Positions 1 to 13,662 are shown, counted from the stretch's first letter. The stretch is 64,000 nt of DNA from Octopus sinensis (GCF_006345805.1 NC_042998.1:159154001-159218000); one strand, 5' to 3'. A program made the numbers and translations. Notes: a model not told the origin generated them from the sequence alone.

Positions 1-1529
1 ACAAGACTCTTGGATGAAAATATAAACAAGGATATTATTATTTATTTATTATTGTTTATTGTTGATTATTACTGAGTGTAGAAAATATATCTCACGTTGA
101 AGTATCAGCTATAGACTAGAGCCTAACTAATGAGATAAGCCAATGTGGGACTGTATGTAGATATTGACTGGATGTGTTTTAATACACATGGATGAAATCA
201 ACTGTTAATATTTGGAAGTTGTAAAATAGTAACGATATGATATAATAAATTGATCGATATAATAAATGTATCGATTTTATATAAGTAAAAGAGGAAAGAT
301 AGACATTTGGGAATTTTTTGAAAATGATAAAATTGCCAGTTTCCAGTTAACAAATTTTGAAGGTGTAGAAAATAAAATTAGAAAAAGAGAATTTCTATTC
401 AGATAGATAGGCCTTTTCCTTTACTGATATCTTACCCGTGCTCTTCATATCTTACTTTCTGTGACATAATATACATTTGTACTTTCTCATATTTACCCCT
501 GTCTATATGCTTAAAACTTCAGGGTATCTTTGGTACACTGAGAATGATATATTACAAATGATCTCAACAACAACCTGTTCATAAAGTCTATGATGACGAC
601 GTGCAACAACGCAGAAATACTTGCGTCCTACAATATGATGAAGCCATTCATAGCCAAATGATGTATTTCCATATCTTCTGTCGTGCAGCTATTGTTTATA
701 CCTCGCTCAGAGATTTATTATTGTTTAATTACAATTTTTCGAGATCAGTGACTTTTCGTCACTAGAAAGAGGATATATAGATATTTGCATTGGGAACCAC
801 TTCACATCGACAACCGATGATTGTCAGCAACCCGTATGACGGTCTTAATAATTAGCCCTTTGCTTTTTAATTTAACTGACCAATTATATCGAACACTGGA
901 TCTTGGTCAATCCCACTATGGGCAATAGATGGTTGGACTTTACCATATATTAGTAAGTAAATCATTGTTGGGCACTTTATTAAGATAAAAAAAAACTATT
1001 AATTAGTACGATTAAGAACTATTATGATTACTTTAAAACTTTATGGTAACTTCACTCCCTTTTTGACTAAACCTTTTGGCGTATCCCGTTATTGTAAGTT
1101 TTTTTTTATTTCTACTTTGTTTATTAGTTATCCACCCTATTACCCCCATAGAAAAAAATTAAACCACCAATTACTGTTTTAAGTTTAATCATTTACTCAA
1201 CGTCCCAAAGAGACACATAAGCAGAATGGTATGATTTTAACAAATTAAGCCTTTTCTTTTCCTCTCTAGGTCCTTCTTCTTTTCTCTTATGTATGTATTT
1301 TTCACTCTCATGAAGCTCCATGTTCCAGATCAGTTTTATTACCAAATATGATGAGTATTATTTTTAGCATGCCAATGGCAATGCCATATAACACAGGAAG
1401 CAGAAACAGATATTAGATGGGATGCAGTCTATTTGTATTGAATTAATAAATAATAATTGATGTAAGTCAATTGTTGTTGATCAATATTTCTCTATTTTCT
1501 GTTTACTTTATATATATATATATATATAT

Positions 1530-1622
<93 letters not shown>

Positions 1623-1815
1623 TATATATATATATATATAGGTACAGATACACTCATACACACACATATATACATGCACACATACATACAAATACACAGA
1701 TTAAAACTAGGGTGATATAACTCTGCTTGTATATTAATATATACATAAGTATATGTGTGGGTATAAATATATAGATAGATAGATAGATAGATACTTATAT
1801 ATATATATATATATA

Positions 1816-2213
1816 GTGGCTGTGTGGTAAGTAGCTTGCTTACCAACCACATGGTTCCGGGTTCAGTCCCACTGCGTGGCACCTTGGGCAAGTGTCTTCT
1901 ACTATAGCCTCGGGCCGACCAAAGCCTTGTGAGTGGATTCGGTAGACGGAAACTGAAAGAAGCCCGTCGTATATATGTATATATTTATATGTGTGCGTGT
2001 GTGTTTGTGTGCCTGTGTTTGTCTTCCTAGCTTTGCTTGACAACCGATGCGGGTGTGTTTATGTCCCCGTCACTTAGCGGTTCGGCAAAAGAGACCGATA
2101 GAATAAGTACTGGGCTTACAAAGAATAAGTCCCGGGGTCGACTTGCTCGACTAAAGCTGGTGCTCCAGCATGGCCGCAGTCAAATGACTGAAACAAGTAA
2201 AAGAGTAAAGAGT
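1816..2213 (+). mobile_element. SINE family A (tRNA head, CORE-like segment, internal (TA)/(TG) tract, second module, (TAAAAGAG)n tail)
   Basis: A box TGGCTGTGTGG, B box GGTTCAGTCC, CORE-like CCTTGGGCAAG; at least eight copies in the window. Confidence 0.9.
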
Positions 2214-2828
2214 ATATATATACGCATAAATTTGTGTACCTCTGTATATGTATCGGTGCTTTTATTATTAGTGTACATTGAATTGTGTGTATCCTTGCAT
2301 GCGAATACGCACGTGCATCTATATGTGTATGTATTTACCTATGTACGCATGCATGCTTGTAGTCATCTGCACAATGTTGAAGCATGCTAGAATATTTTGG
2401 TTATACATATATACTTCAATATTTATGTGTGTGTATCTCTAGAAAGTCCATAAATTAGATAGAATACTTTAGAATAAACAGTCCCAAATATTCTGTTAAC
2501 ATCAACAATAGATAAACAAAATTGTTTGTAAATGTTTCCCACCTCATGAAAACACAGGAAATTTCTCTTAATAAAGAAAAGTACTATATCCAAATATTTG
2601 AAAAATAAATACATTTAGTTAAACAAACACAAAACCATCAAATACGTTATTCAGTTAATACGAAAATCGATACTTATTTAAAAATTAAAATATTAAAAAA
2701 TGAGAACTGTATATAAAATAAAGCCCATTATACCATACACACATGTGTATGTGTGTGTGTGTTTATACTCATATGTGTACAGACACACACACATACATTT
2801 TATGCGTATACATATATATATACGTATA

Positions 2829-3252
2829 TTCTTTTATTCTTTTATTCTGTTATTTGTTTCAGTCACTTGACTGTGGCCATGCTGGAGATTCGCCTTCAGT
2901 CGACCAAATCTACCCCAGGACTTATTCTTTGTATGCCTAGTCTTATTCTATCGGTCTATTTTGCCGAACCACTAAGTTACAGGGACGTAACCACACCAAC
3001 ATCGGTTGTCAAGCGAAGGTGGGGTGACAAACACAGGCACACTCATACGTCCCCCCCCCATATATATATATATATATATTATATATATAATACGACGGGC
3101 TTTAAGTTTCCGTCTACCAAATCCACTCACAAGGCTTTGGTCGGCCCGAGGCTATAGTAGAAGACACTTGCCCAAGGTGCCATGCATTGGGACTGAACCT
3201 GGAACCATGTACTTGGGAAGCAAGCTTCTTACTACACAGCCACGCCTGCGCC
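2829..3252 (-). mobile_element. SINE family A
   Basis: Reverse complement of the 1816 copy. Confidence 0.9.
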
Positions 3253-3310
3253 TGTATATATGTATCATATATAAACGCAACCATACATATGTGTGTATAT
3301 ATAGATAGAT

Positions 3311-3379
<69 letters not shown>

Positions 3380-3402
3380 TACAGACAGACAGACAGACAG
3401 AC

Positions 3403-3478
<76 letters not shown>

Positions 3479-4865
3479 TACGAGCACAACAACAATTATA
3501 ACTATTACAGTTTCTTGCTGAGCTACACAAGATATCGAACCTAGGTTATAGTATATTAGTTTTACGATGTGGAATTGTCGCTTGTACCTCATGCTTATAG
3601 AAAGTTTCTCGCTAACGTTCTCAGAAACAATTTGAACGATTCCGAGAGAGAGAGTGAGAGAGAGAGGGGGGTGAGAAGAATCAGCTCCAAATATTGATTT
3701 GTAGTTTGTCGACCTGGCACGAATGAAAGACAAATTGACTACGGCTGGATTTGAACTGAGACCGAAAATCCTTTGTTTTGGAGACGAGTTACTTTGCAGA
3801 TTATCAGGCGTTTCTTTTCCGATGCTGCACTCAGAATTTTTTGTGCACCAGTGGAGAAAAGCGTTGTTTGGAGCATGCAACCTATGATGGTATTGCTCAG
3901 TTATATAAAATAAAAGCGCAATCTCAGTCTCCCTTGCCTACACTCTGTCGTTTCTGTTATACGAGAATCTATGTTTCGTCATCTCTTATCGTTTGTATAT
4001 ACATTCAACTTTCAAACTTGCATTCTATTTTCTCTCCACAACGCTGAAGATGGCCATTCGTTTAGCCGAAAACTCAGCTACCTTAACATTTCTCCTACAA
4101 TACAAGACGTAAGAAACTCATTTATTACATAACCATCTACTGATACTAGATATGATTGGCTCAACGCTAAACTGGTGAACACATTCTTCAGATTCTTTTG
4201 TTGATTCTACAATCATACATATTTGATATTATCTAAGGCAAAATTTACATAAGCATGTGCGCACATACTTATATAAACACATACATGTATAACCCACCAG
4301 GAGCGTATCATTGGTTTTTGACTCTTTAATACTTAAATGTCAGTTTCCAATACTTGTTTTATTAAAGCTTTTTCTACATATAAAAAAGTTATGAACCAAT
4401 AGATCACATACAGTATGCTACTGTTTGCAATAGTTAATACTTGCTGCTAGTTTATAGCATTTTTACACGTTGTTAGATTCTTTTCTTAATCACGCAGTAC
4501 GTGACCTAAATCTGAAGGTCTCATGACGTCTCTTGCTTTGTGTTTTCCTCCTACAGCTCTATTAAGTTGGATGTAAAAACAGAAATGTTGTTAATTTGCA
4601 AAGCTAATAACTATATGCACCTTACTAGTAAATTATCTCGGCATGATAATCTCAAGGTGATTAGTAGAGAGGGGAAAAATTAGTTTCTATAGTACTGTTG
4701 TTAGATGACTGTAGTGGCGGCGAATCATGTGACTGAACTAACAAAACTAACTACTTGAAGACGGAATAAATTAATCAGTGTTCCTATCTGTGTATGAATG
4801 TGCGCATGCGTGTGCATATATGCGCGCGTGTGTCAGTGTGTGTGTGTGTGTGTGTGTGAAAGAAA

Positions 4866-4897
<32 letters not shown>

Positions 4898-5250
4898 AAG
4901 AAAGAGAAAGAATGTGAAAGAGAGAAAGAGAGAGAAAATTTGCACCTATATTTTCGTGCAAGAGCGGTTGAAATGGTTTTTGTCAATTTAGATATTTGCA
5001 TAATGCTGGAGTAATTATTTTTACAGTTGGATGCCATTTCTGTTGCTGACCACTCAAGCATGAAGTAAAAATTTGATGTGTTATTAGCTAGGCAGATGGA
5101 GGCAACTAGTTATGTGGTTGTATGTCTCACTTAAAGCGGCTGCAGCAAGATTCGAGCTTGTACTTATGTTGTTCACAAACCCAACAGTTTAACCTCACAG
5201 ACACTGGGCATACACGTGTTTGTGTATGTGTGTGTGTGTTTGCGTGTGTA

Positions 5251-5325
<75 letters not shown>

Positions 5326-5903
5326 GGCATCGTTGTTAAAAATCATGTGCAATAAATTGGTTATTCTTCTGCACAAAATATTTTAGCAATTCTTTTAATA
5401 CAATTCCTAATAATATTTAATGCCAAAATAAATATAATAAAATTCTTCAAACATCGAATGGCTATGTGGGTCCATCTGAGTAAAATACCAATTAAAGTGG
5501 TTCATAGTTTTAAAAAATTGTTGAGTTCCCTAACACTTTAGGATGAGTCCATACATGCTAGAGTCAACTGCATGGATCCTATCCTTCTAGTAAAACCTAT
5601 AGAGAATTTTGTTTCAGTGCTGCTAGCTATCGACATGTTTTTTAGTGTACATCCCCGGGTTATCTGTTAACTGAACCTGGCCATTTGGGACTTAAATATC
5701 TTGAGCAAATCACAAGGGAGCTTTGATGAGAGGGTATCTAAATAAACTGAAAATGTTCTGGTCATGCTTCTGGAGCATGTCACCTTATTGATTAGACTAA
5801 TTAGCACTTTGAATCAGATACCAGATATACCAGATATCAGATATATGCGAGTGTATGTATGAGAGAGATAGATAAATATTTAGATAGATAGACATACATA
5901 CAT

Positions 5904-5973
<70 letters not shown>

Positions 5974-6228
5974 TGTCATGTATTCTCTCCAAATATATTC
6001 CCCGTACGTTTCTATGTCATATGTGTGCTGAGCATGTTGGGAAAGTGTAATAACTTCTAGCACATTTTGTTGTTTTCTTTTTGTAGAGAAGCGGGAGATG
6101 TTTGAGTTGATGGGTGCTTGTATTTGATGTCTTCTGGCTTGATTGCGGATGTTAGAAACAATGGGTTTGGTAAATGCTACACAAGAGTCTTATTAGTGAT
6201 TACATTTAAACTTCTACTTTGCTGAGAC

Positions 6229-6283
<55 letters not shown>

Positions 6284-6284
6284 A

Positions 6285-6316
<32 letters not shown>

Positions 6317-7919
6317 GTAGCAGTAGTAGTAGTAGTAGTAGTAGTAGTGTAGTAGTAGTAGTGGTGGTGGCGGTGGTGGTGGTGGTGGTGGTGGTGGTGG
6401 TAGGAGTACTAAATAAAGAAATAGCGGGGGATAAGACATTTACACAGTAAAAGATGCAAATCCCAGCTACTTGTTGGGAATTGAAATTTACTGGAACTGT
6501 AAATGAATGAAGATGATATAAGGCATTTGTGTGCGTGTTTGAGAATATTTCATATGTTTTATTGTTGCTGTTGTCGCTGGTGTTGTTAATGGTTTGTGAT
6601 AAGGATTGTGACATAGGCAAAAATTAATCACATTTTAGCATCAGCATAGCGTTATGGTGAAAAGGAAGAAAGAGAAGAAGAAGAAGAAGAAGAAGAAGAA
6701 GAAGAAGAAGAAGAAGAAGAAGAAGAAGAAGAAGAAGAAGAAGAAGAAGAAGAAGAAGAAGAAGAAGAAGAAGAAGAAGAAGAAGGTAGTGGTTGCGGAG
6801 GGGTAGGGGTGAATGTTGTCAATGTTTATAGTATGAGAAGCAATAGGCAGCTCTGTCAAGTAGGTTTGTGAAATGATAGAACCTGTCATTTAAGCAAAAT
6901 TCGTAATATTATGTTAGGATTCAATCACGTCATAAAGCAGGGCTGATCGCTGTTTGATACGTGTACAGAGTATATTCTAGGTGTAATAGGGGAGATCTAC
7001 GTACCTAACAAAATTGGAAAATTCATAATAAGTATTAAGCTCATTAATGGATCATGTTTGAAAACTAATTCTTCTCAGTTTTTCTTATGAAATATTATGG
7101 CAGTTGTTTCCGAGTTATTCATTTTTTTTTCTTTTTGCCCATTTCACGATTTGTATCCTGAAGTGACATGGGGTGCAAGAGGATAGAATAGTTGCGCAAC
7201 ACAAATAAAATAAGGACAAGAACAAAAAAAAAACATTAGGGTAGATGTGTACACCAGGACAGATCGCATAGTGACTGTGTGCTGTAGTAAAAGAAAAAAA
7301 TTGTGGAAGCAAGAGAGAGAGACAGAAAGATATCCTCAAAAACCTACCGAATGTTCAGGATAGAATGGACTCAGCGAAAGGCAGCTAAGTCGCTAGTTGG
7401 TGATGTTAAACTACGTGAAGTATTAAGTCTACCACCCGAGAGGGCCACCGTGGAATTAGAACTCAGAACGCAATGACCCAATAAAGACGTTCTTAAAGTT
7501 CCGCCAATCCATCACTCTCGACCGGTACTTTTTTATCGGTCTAAAAAGAACGAGGAGCAAAGTCAACCGTGACAAGATTTGAACTCAAAGTGCTACAAAC
7601 TAAAGCAATCCCCGCCAGACATTCTATCCGGCATCCTAACAACTCCCCCAATTCGCTGCTTGAGGTGAGTTTGGACCATTAGGAGTAAGTGTTATGCATA
7701 AATTTTAATGAACTTATAAATTCCACTGGAATTACGAATAAAGATACTGAAATCACTACAACACGTAGTCTCTGATTCGGCCTAATACTGAGATTAACTA
7801 TACATGCATCCGTGGTATACTCAACTTCTTAAACGTTGATTCAAAGGGCAAATTGTTAAGTTGATTATCTGAATGGTCATCGTCAGAACTGACATATATA
7901 TAAATATATATATATATAG

Positions 7920-7950
<31 letters not shown>

Positions 7951-8053
7951 GATAGATAGATAGACAGATAGACAGATTGATAGACAGACAGATAGACAGA
8001 CAGACAGACAGACAGACCGACAGACAGACAGACAGACAGACAGATAGATAGAC

Positions 8054-8137
<84 letters not shown>

Positions 8138-8280
8138 GATAGATAATTATACACACACATGGCAGAAGTAAATAGACGCCCTATAAAACATCCTTTTATG
8201 TTTATTCTAATTTGTAATTGTTCCTATTTTTTATTTATTGATATTTTTATGTTTCAGGTTCTATATGTGACCGTTTAATC

Positions 8281-9325
8281 ATGCCATATACAAAAGAAGC
8301 CTTAGAACTGTCTGAATTTCAAAGAGGCCGTATTGTGGTTCATTCTAAGGGTGGACATAGCGTAAAATCGTAGAAAACATTCGTATCCCGCTGTCTACAG
8401 TTTATAGAGTGGTTGGGCAATTGTCCAGAGAGGGCAAGGAGTCCATATCACCTCGTCCAGATTAACCATGGTCCTCTGACCGGACCCTTCTCTTTGCTAA
8501 GAGAAGTGTGGAGGATAATCCTCGTTGCAAGGCCTCTAACATAGCAGAACAAGTTGATGTCAGTTGCAGAACAGCTGTCAGGTATCTCCACAAACTTGGT
8601 TACTATGGCAGAGCAACTGTCAGGTATCTCCACAAACTTGGTTACTATGGCAGAGCAACAAGAAGGAAGTAATTTCTTCGACCAGTCAATATCAAGTGGA
8701 GAAAAGATTGGGCCAGTGATATGGTGGAAAGACTACTAATATTTTGGGACACTGTCACATTTTCTGAGGAATCTAGGTTTGCTGTATTATTTGACAGTGG
8801 TCGAGTATGGGTCTGAAGACCCTGTGATCAAGAATTTCACGTGAAAAGATTGCAGCCAACAATGAAACACGGCAACTATTCTGTGATGGTCTGGGAAGCA
8901 ATTTGAAGAAATGTTTGATCAGAGCAGGTGGGGTGTAAGGGAAACATAAACTCAGATAAATATGAGCCTATATTTCAGAAAGGAATGATTCCAATCTTTT
9001 CCAGTGGTAAAATGATTAAAGAAGACCTTTTATTTATGGGAGATGGCTAAAAATGACACAAAATCTGTTGGATGAAAATAGCATTAAAAAGCTTCCATAG
9101 CCAAGCCAGTCACCAGATATGAGTTCTATTGAACACCTCTATGACATGATGGACAGGACACTTCATAGAAAGAACAATAAAGCATCTTCAAAACCAGAAC
9201 TTTTGAGATTATTGCATGAAATTTGGCAGGAAATTCTGCAATAGAATATTCATCATCTGATCATTAACATGCCTAATAGATTCCTTGCATTGAAAAATTC
9301 GAAGGGTATGTCTACTAAATATTAA
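8281..9325 (+). mobile_element. Decayed Tc1-like transposase gene
   Basis: MPYTKEALELSEFQRGRIV...IPLSTVYRV...TFSEESRF...VMVWEAI...PSQSPDMSSIEHLYD...MPNRFLALKNSKGMSTKY*, with many stops and frameshifts. Confidence 0.85.
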
Positions 9326-9466
9326 ATATTCCCATTATAACAATTGATAAATAATTTGAATGATTAATTTCAGTTCTGAAAAGTTTTAATGATTATACGT
9401 GTGTATAAGCTGTTGATTCGTGTACCCTCTAATATAATTAAGAATAAATATACATACACACATACA

Positions 9467-9527
<61 letters not shown>

Positions 9528-9683
9528 ATATATTCTTAATTAAATTACAAGTATACAAAGCAACACCTTACTAGAGAATGAAAGTAAAAACCACAACTTA
9601 AATACTTAATCTCACTCAATGCTAATATCGTTTGCTGCCACTAATGTTATTTTCGTTGTTATTCTCAATTATTTAGATTTGCC

Positions 9684-9751
<68 letters not shown>

Positions 9752-9770
9752 CGACGACGACGACGACGAC

Positions 9771-9813
<43 letters not shown>

Positions 9814-9915
9814 GTAATAATAATAATAATAACAACATCTTTACGAGTATCTATTTTGAATATTTACTCATTTTTATGCATATATGTATATACATATATA
9901 TATAGTATGCACTGA

Positions 9916-10130
9916 AATTGTTTTGAATTTGGCGCGGTACTATTCAAGACGTAACGGATTATAACGAGGTGAGATGGATTTTTCATTTTAGGCAAAGCAA
10001 GACCTGCTGAGGAGAATTGAGGCGCTAGCCAAAATTCGAAAACATAATCAAGGTATATCTGTTACCTTATTCTATGGCTTTTCCACTCGTTGTCCGATTT
10101 CTGTTGGTCCGTTACATATTTTCAGTGAGA
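9916..10130 (+). mobile_element. Solo PLE pLTR-like remnant with a degenerate hammerhead at 10002-10054
   Basis: acctg-CTGAGGA-gaatt...aattc-GAAA-acataa-TC-aaggt; TTTGGCGCGG upstream. Confidence 0.45.
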
Positions 10131-10804
10131 TTATATATATGCATATATAGACACATATATGTACATACATACGTATATATGTATATTGCTATGCATATAT
10201 CGGTACAAGACGTCACAAAAACGTAAACAAGCATGAAATACGAAAATAATGTTGGGTACGCAAAAAACGAAAGAAACGAATGGAAAACATAAAAAACGAC
10301 CCTTCATCCAGATATTGTTGTATTTCGGGATGGTCATTTTTATCTTTTACACCCTATGCAGAATTTATTTCTCTTTCGAATGATGCAGACAATAACTATT
10401 TTATACAATTTGAAGAATTCTAATACTAAATTAATATAAACGTTTCAAATTTCATTATAATTTTATTTAAAGCTTAACATTGTAGCAAAAATGAGCAACA
10501 AGAACGAAATGCATATTAGTACATTGTGCCGTAGCCTTTATTCTTAATAACGGCTGAACAATGCCTCGGCATTGAATTCGCTTAGTGATTACAAAATTCT
10601 ATGGGAATGTTTTGCCATATTTCATTGATATAATTTAAAGTATAGAAGACATCTTAATATGGCTAACCACATAGGGGAGGGGGTGTTACTGTAGCTCTAT
10701 AGCCCCAGGAGATCGTCGTCTCCAGCTGGCTTTAGACACCATTTCAGTGCCCTTGAAGTATTTGCAAAGGGAGGCCATCCCTTTCTCGCAAGCCTAAGTG
10801 ATAC

Positions 10805-10845
10805 GCTCGGACTAGTTTCGGGATTATTGTCCCTTATCAACGGGC
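10805..10845 (-). ncRNA. Degenerate minimal hammerhead
   Basis: gcccg-TTGATAA (CTGATGA with two transitions)-ggga caataa tccc-GAAA-CTAG-TC-cgagc. Confidence 0.55.
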
Positions 10846-10867
10846 GGTAATTTCTGTCGCGATTAAT

Positions 10868-11950
10868 TCTTTATTACGATTATAAAATCAGTACATAGAA
10901 GAACAATACAGGACATACATACAAAAAAGAGTTAAGTGGTTCGTTTAAAAATTTCCAAAATATATGGATTATTCATTATACAAAAAACCGTATTTAAATT
11001 GTCCTTTGCATTGACTAATATAACATTACATTAGATTGAAATCTTACCGATATATTTTAAACCCCGGCAACTATTAGGCCCCGCAGCTTTCCTTTCCTCT
11101 TCTCCATCCATAGTTAAACTGGGTTCTGAACCCACCTTTTCGCATCTTCCTTCCATCTTTTTTCATACACACCTCGTGGTAAGGTCTCTTTTCCAGCCCA
11201 TTTTGCTCTTCAGATGATATCTGAAGTAGTGAGCAAGTGGGGCCTGAGACAAAGGATCCTATTGCGACTCCTCCATCTTGTACGCACATGCATTCTTTTA
11301 CTACTGCAACCGTGCAGTGAAAACATGCCTCACCTTCCTCGAGAGTCCAGTTGGCGGTATCATCTTAATCATAGACTCAGCCTACAGCTGTACTCGTCCC
11401 AGATGCGATTAACACGTGTTCTGCGTAACTTATCAAGTCTGACAACTGACGACAGTGTACAAAAGCGTGTGGACGTTTCATCGTCCAACCCGCATCTTGG
11501 ACATGTCGGTGGCACTGAAATTCCGTGCCGCGATAACTTCTCGCGAACAGGTAAAGCATTCCTATAACACTGCCAGGCCAGGGATCTTTGGAAATTATCC
11601 AAATACCCCGTCCTGAAAGTATTTTTAAACAGGTTGGTAAGCTGGTCTTCGTCGAACCCCAGAGCCCCTCCTAGGACGTCGTCGTTCTTTGCCTCTACCA
11701 ACCTGCTATAAAATACCGAGGTGGTATTTCCGCAGCCGGCCTTGCCTGCCTTGTGGATCAGCGTGAGTGCCTGTCGGCACTCCTTTTGCCATAAAGTCAG
11801 ATTCCGTCTTTTGATGCAACCGGGTTTAAAATTCACTAAGGAAGCCGGTCTCGAGAAAAGGATGGCCTCCCTTTGCAGATACTTCAAGGGCGCTGAAATG
11901 GTGTCTAAAGCCAACTGGAGACGACGATCTCCTGGGGCTATAGAGCTACA
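10868..11950 (-). pseudogene. Tx1/L1-clade LINE 3' fragment (zf-RVT zinc knuckle and 3' UTR)
   Basis: ORF 11369-11914: ...FQRSLAWQCYRNALPVREKLSRHGISVPPTCPRCGLDDETSTRFC...; minus-strand AATAAA near 10870. Confidence 0.8.
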
Positions 11951-12049
11951 GTAACACCCCCTCCCCTATGTGGTTAGCCATATCAAGATGGCTTCTATAC
12001 TTTACATTATCGAGCGATTACTGTTTACATCTCATTTTGAGATTTAATA

Positions 12050-13281
12050 ATTGATATAATTGTTTTAGATTACATAGGTTTTTAGCATGGACTTTCTTGG
12101 AAACATAATTCCACAATTCTCGATCGGATTCAGCTCCGGGTTCTGGGGAGGTCATTTGATTACGTCAATATTATGGTGATCAAAAAATTCCATACCCTAT
12201 TTGGCTTTGTGCACAGGACTATTGTTCTGCTGATAAATAGCCCCCGGAGGCATTTGGTGAGTCAAATATAGCACAACATTATCCTTTAGTAGATTCATAT
12301 AACCTACGCTATTTAGCTTTCCATCATCTTTAACTAGAGGGCCAACACCAAAGCTACTAAATGCCGCCCACACCATCACACCCCCAACATCGCTTGCGCC
12401 GTCTTTTTCACACATTTTGGATGGAAATCTTCGGTTGGGCTTCGTCTGACGTATGTTTTGTCATCTGATCAAAATATACAGAAGCGTGACTCGTTACTCC
12501 AAAGGACCCAGCACCAATCTTCGGCAGTCCGTTGGGCATGGTTTTTTTGCGAAATTAAGGCGTTTGAGTCGATTTCTCTCAGATACTGTTGGCTTTTTCC
12601 TAGCGATTCGTCCATGTAGTCCAAATTCTCTCAAACGGTTGCGGGTGGTTTGTGGTGTAAAGATGACACCATTCTCGTTGGACAATTGTTTACAAATGTC
12701 AACGGCTGTCAGCACTCAGTTACCTTCCGAAAGTCGGTGGATTCGACGGTCCAACTGCGCCGTCGTTTTTCTTGGGGCGCCAGTCCTTTGCCGATCTTTA
12801 TATTGACCAGTCTCCGAGTATAACTTTCACGCTTGCATGCAAGCCGTTTTACTGCACTTTAGTTGCTTGCTGATGTTCGAAAAGGAAACCTTTTGCTGGT
12901 GGAGTAATACCATTTTTGCTCTCGTGACTGGACTGAGGCTACGTTGTTTTCCCATTATTATTCAATTGTATAAGAACGTTAAATTATAAAACTATATAGA
13001 GCAGTTAGACTAGTTGTGTGACCACCCATTTTGGCAAATAAAATTGCATACATATTACATGGTTTTAAACTAATTTTGCCGGTAAATTTAAAACGTTTAT
13101 ATTAATTTAGCATTAAAATTCTTCAAGTTGTATAAAAATAGTTATTGTCAGCATCATTCGAAAGAGAAATAAATTCTGCATAAGGTGTAAAAGATAAAAA
13201 TAATTTGTATGGTGTCAGTAACAAAATATTTTGTAAGAAATAGAAGTTTTATCATTGGTTTTAATTTTATTTTCGCCAGTG
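12050..13281 (-). mobile_element. Decayed Tc1-like transposon
   Basis: ATG at 12955: MGKQRSLSPVTRAKMV...GAPRKTT...RNRLREFGLHGRIARKKP...VMVWAAFSSFGVGPLV...YQQNNSPVHKAK...SPEPGAES (PSPDLNPI-like). One end is visible as ...CAGTG|TA at 13281. Confidence 0.85.
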
Positions 13282-13389
13282 TACGTACATGCTTATATAC
13301 ACACACACGCGCACACACATACACACATATATTTATATAGATTTATATATAGAGAGAGAGACATACATATATACTTAAACGTGCGTGTA

Positions 13390-13580
13390 TGTGTGTTTCA
13401 GATGCGCTGAAAACAAATGACAGAAACAGGTGAAGGAACAACAAGCACGTTTATTATTAGTTTGGCGCTCGGGAAAAATGAAGAAGTCCTTGACCTTTCG
13501 AGCCCACGCTCTTCGACAGAAAGAGATGAGAGGAAAAATGGGAAGCGAAAAAATATTTGTTTCGGTATTATATATATATA
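13390..13580 (-). mobile_element. Solo pLTR-like remnant with a hammerhead-like fold at 13487-13524
   Basis: tcttt-CTGTCGA-a-gagc gtgg gctc-GAAA-gg-TC-aagga, followed by TTTCCCGAGCGCCAAA and AATAAA. Confidence 0.45.
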
Positions 13581-13630
13581 TACACAGAAAAAACATATTC
13601 GCTTGCAGACATACACGCACACACACACGC

Positions 13631-13662
<32 letters not shown>

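Larger units (their letters stand above)
10636..12005. repeat. ~153-bp inverted repeats (10636-10788 and 11852-12005) enclosing the Tx1 fragment and a hammerhead remnant
   Basis: atggctaaccacataggggagggggtgttactgtagctctatagccccagg... occurs on + at ~10660 and as the reverse complement at ~11930-11985. Confidence 0.85.

Noticed and set aside
541-960. Possible decayed integrase or coding relic (IAHSGID...)
   Set aside because: A single weak motif; the other frames are uninformative.
4041-4080. CTGAAGA-tggc...gcc-GAAA hammerhead-like motif
   Set aside because: Core and helix II are present, but no helix I partner could be paired; at best a decayed PLE end.
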